Shown piece by piece: positions 62,156 through 64,000 of a DNA stretch of 64,000 bases. The notes under the pieces were generated by a model that was not told the origin of the DNA, searched no databases, and was given only the letters and a program-made list of their open reading frames with translations. Every line of letters begins with the position of its first letter. Within the stretch, counting starts at the first letter, position 1. The DNA comes from Candidatus Binatia bacterium (GTDB taxonomy: Bacteria > Desulfobacterota > Binatia > HRBIN30), in contig JBBRSP010000010.1 of the NCBI GenBank assembly GCA_038245295.1, forward strand, positions 151,102 to 215,101, read 5' to 3'. A program made the position numbers and the translations under genes.

Positions 62156-62944
62156 ATGACGCTAATTCGGCTCGTCGCTCTCTTCGCCTGTGTGTTCACA
62201 TCTCACCTGGCCCTCGCAGCCGACACTAACAACATGTCGCCTGCCGCGGCGCATGCGATCTACGACCCCAGTGAGTGGACGCTCGTACGGTCGACATCCG
62301 CCCACTTCGGCAAGACGCTAACCAACGCCGAGGTGATGCTGCTCAAGTCCGTGCAGGCGACGGGCAGCTCGGGCAGCGGCGAGCCGCTGTACACGGTCAA
62401 CCTCGTGGTCGCCGCCGCCGGTAAGGTCATCTACAGTTTCGCGCCTCTCGTTGTGCCGCCGCGTGATGACAGGCGATACGATCCGGTCTTCTATATGGAC
62501 GACGGCCTCGAGGTGCGTGACGTCACCAACGATGACGTACCCGAGATCGTTTTCCGCTCCGGATTTCTGGGCGTGTCCGACCGCGGCATCTATACCCACA
62601 TTCTCCAAGTCACGAAGGCGGTGCCAATTCGCTTTCGCGACATCGCCGCCAAGAGCTTCCTTGACTCCTGGTGGCATGGGGTCCGCCTTCTCGATCTCAA
62701 TGGCCGCACCGTCGCCATCGTCGCAGAGCCGGTCGATCCGCCGCTGGCGCCGGGCGACTTCGTGTCGCACGGGCAACCTCGATTCCATCGCTACGTCGTG
62801 TACGCATGGGATCAGCGGCGCGAACGATTCATCCAACAACAACGGATCGCCGCGACCCGGCAGTTGCACCAGAGCGCGCAAGAAGGGCTGGAGACCGACT
62901 GGGCCTACATCGCGGCGACGGTGAAGAAGCACCATCCCCGGTAG
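62156..62944 (+). CDS. Hypothetical secreted protein
   Basis: AGGAG upstream; signal peptide ending ALA-A; one FG-GAP-like DVTNDDVPEI motif. Confidence 0.7.
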   Translation: MTLIRLVALFACVFTSHLALAADTNNMSPAAAHAIYDPSEWTLVRSTSAHFGKTLTNAEVMLLKSVQATGSSGSGEPLYTVNLVVAAAGKVIYSFAPLVVPPRDDRRYDPVFYMDDGLEVRDVTNDDVPEIVFRSGFLGVSDRGIYTHILQVTKAVPIRFRDIAAKSFLDSWWHGVRLLDLNGRTVAIVAEPVDPPLAPGDFVSHGQPRFHRYVVYAWDQRRERFIQQQRIAATRQLHQSAQEGLETDWAYIAATVKKHHPR

Positions 62945-62991
62945 GCGGTCCGCCTTGCCCACAAGTGTCTCTTGTGACCCGTTAGTCGTCA

Positions 62992-63243
62992 ATGAAAACG
63001 ATTTCGATCAAAGACCTCCACGACAAGACCGGCCACTGGCTGCGCCGGGTGGTCGCGGAAGGTGAGCTCATCGTAACCGAGCGCGGCACTCCGGTGGCGC
63101 GGATGCTCCCTCCGGCGAAAGCTCGAGCGGGGAACCCCCTGGCGAAGCGCAAGCTATTGCGCGGCGTCGCGGCGATCATGAAGCGACCCATCGGTGGTCC
63201 CGATAGCGCCGACATCATCTCGTCCATGCGCGACGGGCGATGA
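62992..63243 (+). CDS. Type II antitoxin, Phd/YefM (prevent-host-death) family
   Basis: MKTISIKDL....L.RV...GE.IVT.RG.PVA; stop overlaps the toxin ATG. Confidence 0.9.
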   Translation: MKTISIKDLHDKTGHWLRRVVAEGELIVTERGTPVARMLPPAKARAGNPLAKRKLLRGVAAIMKRPIGGPDSADIISSMRDGR

Positions 63244-63537
63244 TTTACTTCGACTCCTGCTAGCTGGCGAAGCTCTATCTCATGGAGCCAGACAGCGAGC
63301 GGGTTCGGTCGCGAGCCGAAACTTCGGATGGGCTCGCCTGCTGCGCGACGGGTCGCGGCGAAGTGGTGGCAACCTTCCACCGCCACTTCCGCGAGAAGCG
63401 ACTCACGCAGCGCGCGTTCCGCTGATGCCCTGCACTTGCAGTGCGCCGCGTCAGCCGGGCTCCACGAAGTGTACAGCAGCGATCGGCACCTGGTGGCCGC
63501 GGCGCCGCACTTTGGGTTACGCGCGGTAACCCTGTAA
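63240..63537 (+). pseudogene. VapC/PIN toxin pseudogene
   Basis: MIYFDSC*LAKLY..EP.S with in-frame TAG at 63261-63263, then a frame change near 63420 into SADALHL.CA...VYSSDRHL..AA.HFGL*; central part appears deleted. Confidence 0.85.
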
Positions 63538-63698
63538 GAGCGCCGGCGGTACTCATTCAGTCTGCAAAAATCGCCGTGAGCATTTTTGACAGGCGGCACA
63601 AATCACCGCAGCTTGCCGCTTTGACGTTCCTGCGTGCTCTCGTTTGACGCACCAGTTCGGCTCTGGGGGCTTTGCACATTAATTCGCATCGCAGCACG

Positions 63699-63718
63699 CC
63701 GCAGGCTTTAGCCTGCGG
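63699..63718. repeat. REP family A core palindrome
   Basis: CCGCAGGCTTTAGCCTGCGG. Confidence 0.7.
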
Positions 63719-63835
63719 CCGGCTGAGCGCCGGTGGATCGCGGAGTTTAGATCGGGGCAAAGCCAGCACCAGAAAGGGCTACGGCCGGCCGACCGCCAAC
63801 TACCGACCCCGCCCGCGACCCGCTAAAAGCGCCGC

Positions 63836-64000
63836 ATGAGCGTCGTCAAGAAAGCCCTTCACAACATCGCCATCGCCGCCACCGCCGGCGTCTCGAGGTT
63901 CATCCCCGATCGCGTGCCGATGACCTTGCTGGGTCCGGGCTCCTCGAAAGACCTCTGTTCGGCGATCGCCCAGGCCGGCGCCAAGAAGTTGCTGATCGTC
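63836..64000 (+). CDS. Iron-containing alcohol dehydrogenase, N-terminal fragment (runs off window)
   Basis: MSVVKK...P.TLLGPGSS..L...IA..GAKKLLIV matches the Fe-ADH N-terminal pattern. Confidence 0.65.
   Translation, partial: MSVVKKALHNIAIAATAGVSRFIPDRVPMTLLGPGSSKDLCSAIAQAGAKKLLIV

Noticed and set aside
63261..63263. Stop-codon readthrough or pyrrolysine in the PIN toxin
   Set aside because: The gene also has a frameshifting deletion, TAG is a normal stop elsewhere in the window, and no pyl genes are seen
63550..63768. Second MITE-like element (TACT...AGCA ends with an internal REP)
   Set aside because: No target duplication and no second copy in the window

Overview
High-GC bacterial chromosomal segment. 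The gene orders rpsO-pnp-M16 peptidase-dut, purC-purS-purQ-purL-purF, nrdR-ribD-ribBA-ribH-nusB and leuS-lptE/rpsT suggest a Deltaproteobacteria-like lineage such as Candidatus Binatia; this is inference only. The window holds about 50 CDS, one tRNA-Val(CAC) and a PIN-toxin pseudogene beside an intact antitoxin. Intergenic DNA is very repeat-rich, with several REP-like palindrome families, but I see no transposase, integrase or CRISPR array. The most notable observations are: (1) an unexplained ~147-nt GC-rich multi-stem element with two potential loop pseudoknots between the divergent rpsT and ettA promoters; (2) a 182-bp non-autonomous element in two copies, each with its own 5-bp CTWAG target duplication and an internal REP doublet; (3) a translationally coupled dockerin-like / cohesin-like / VIT-vWA lipoprotein module; (4) a nested stack of four repeat families after korB; (5) a riboflavin operon lacking riboflavin synthase, whose RibBA has a degenerate DHBP-synthase domain; (6) a 45-bp tandem array grown from a REP arm; (7) a cluster of exported lipid, phosphoester and sulfate-ester hydrolases. 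All calls come from motif reading by eye; no database searches were run.
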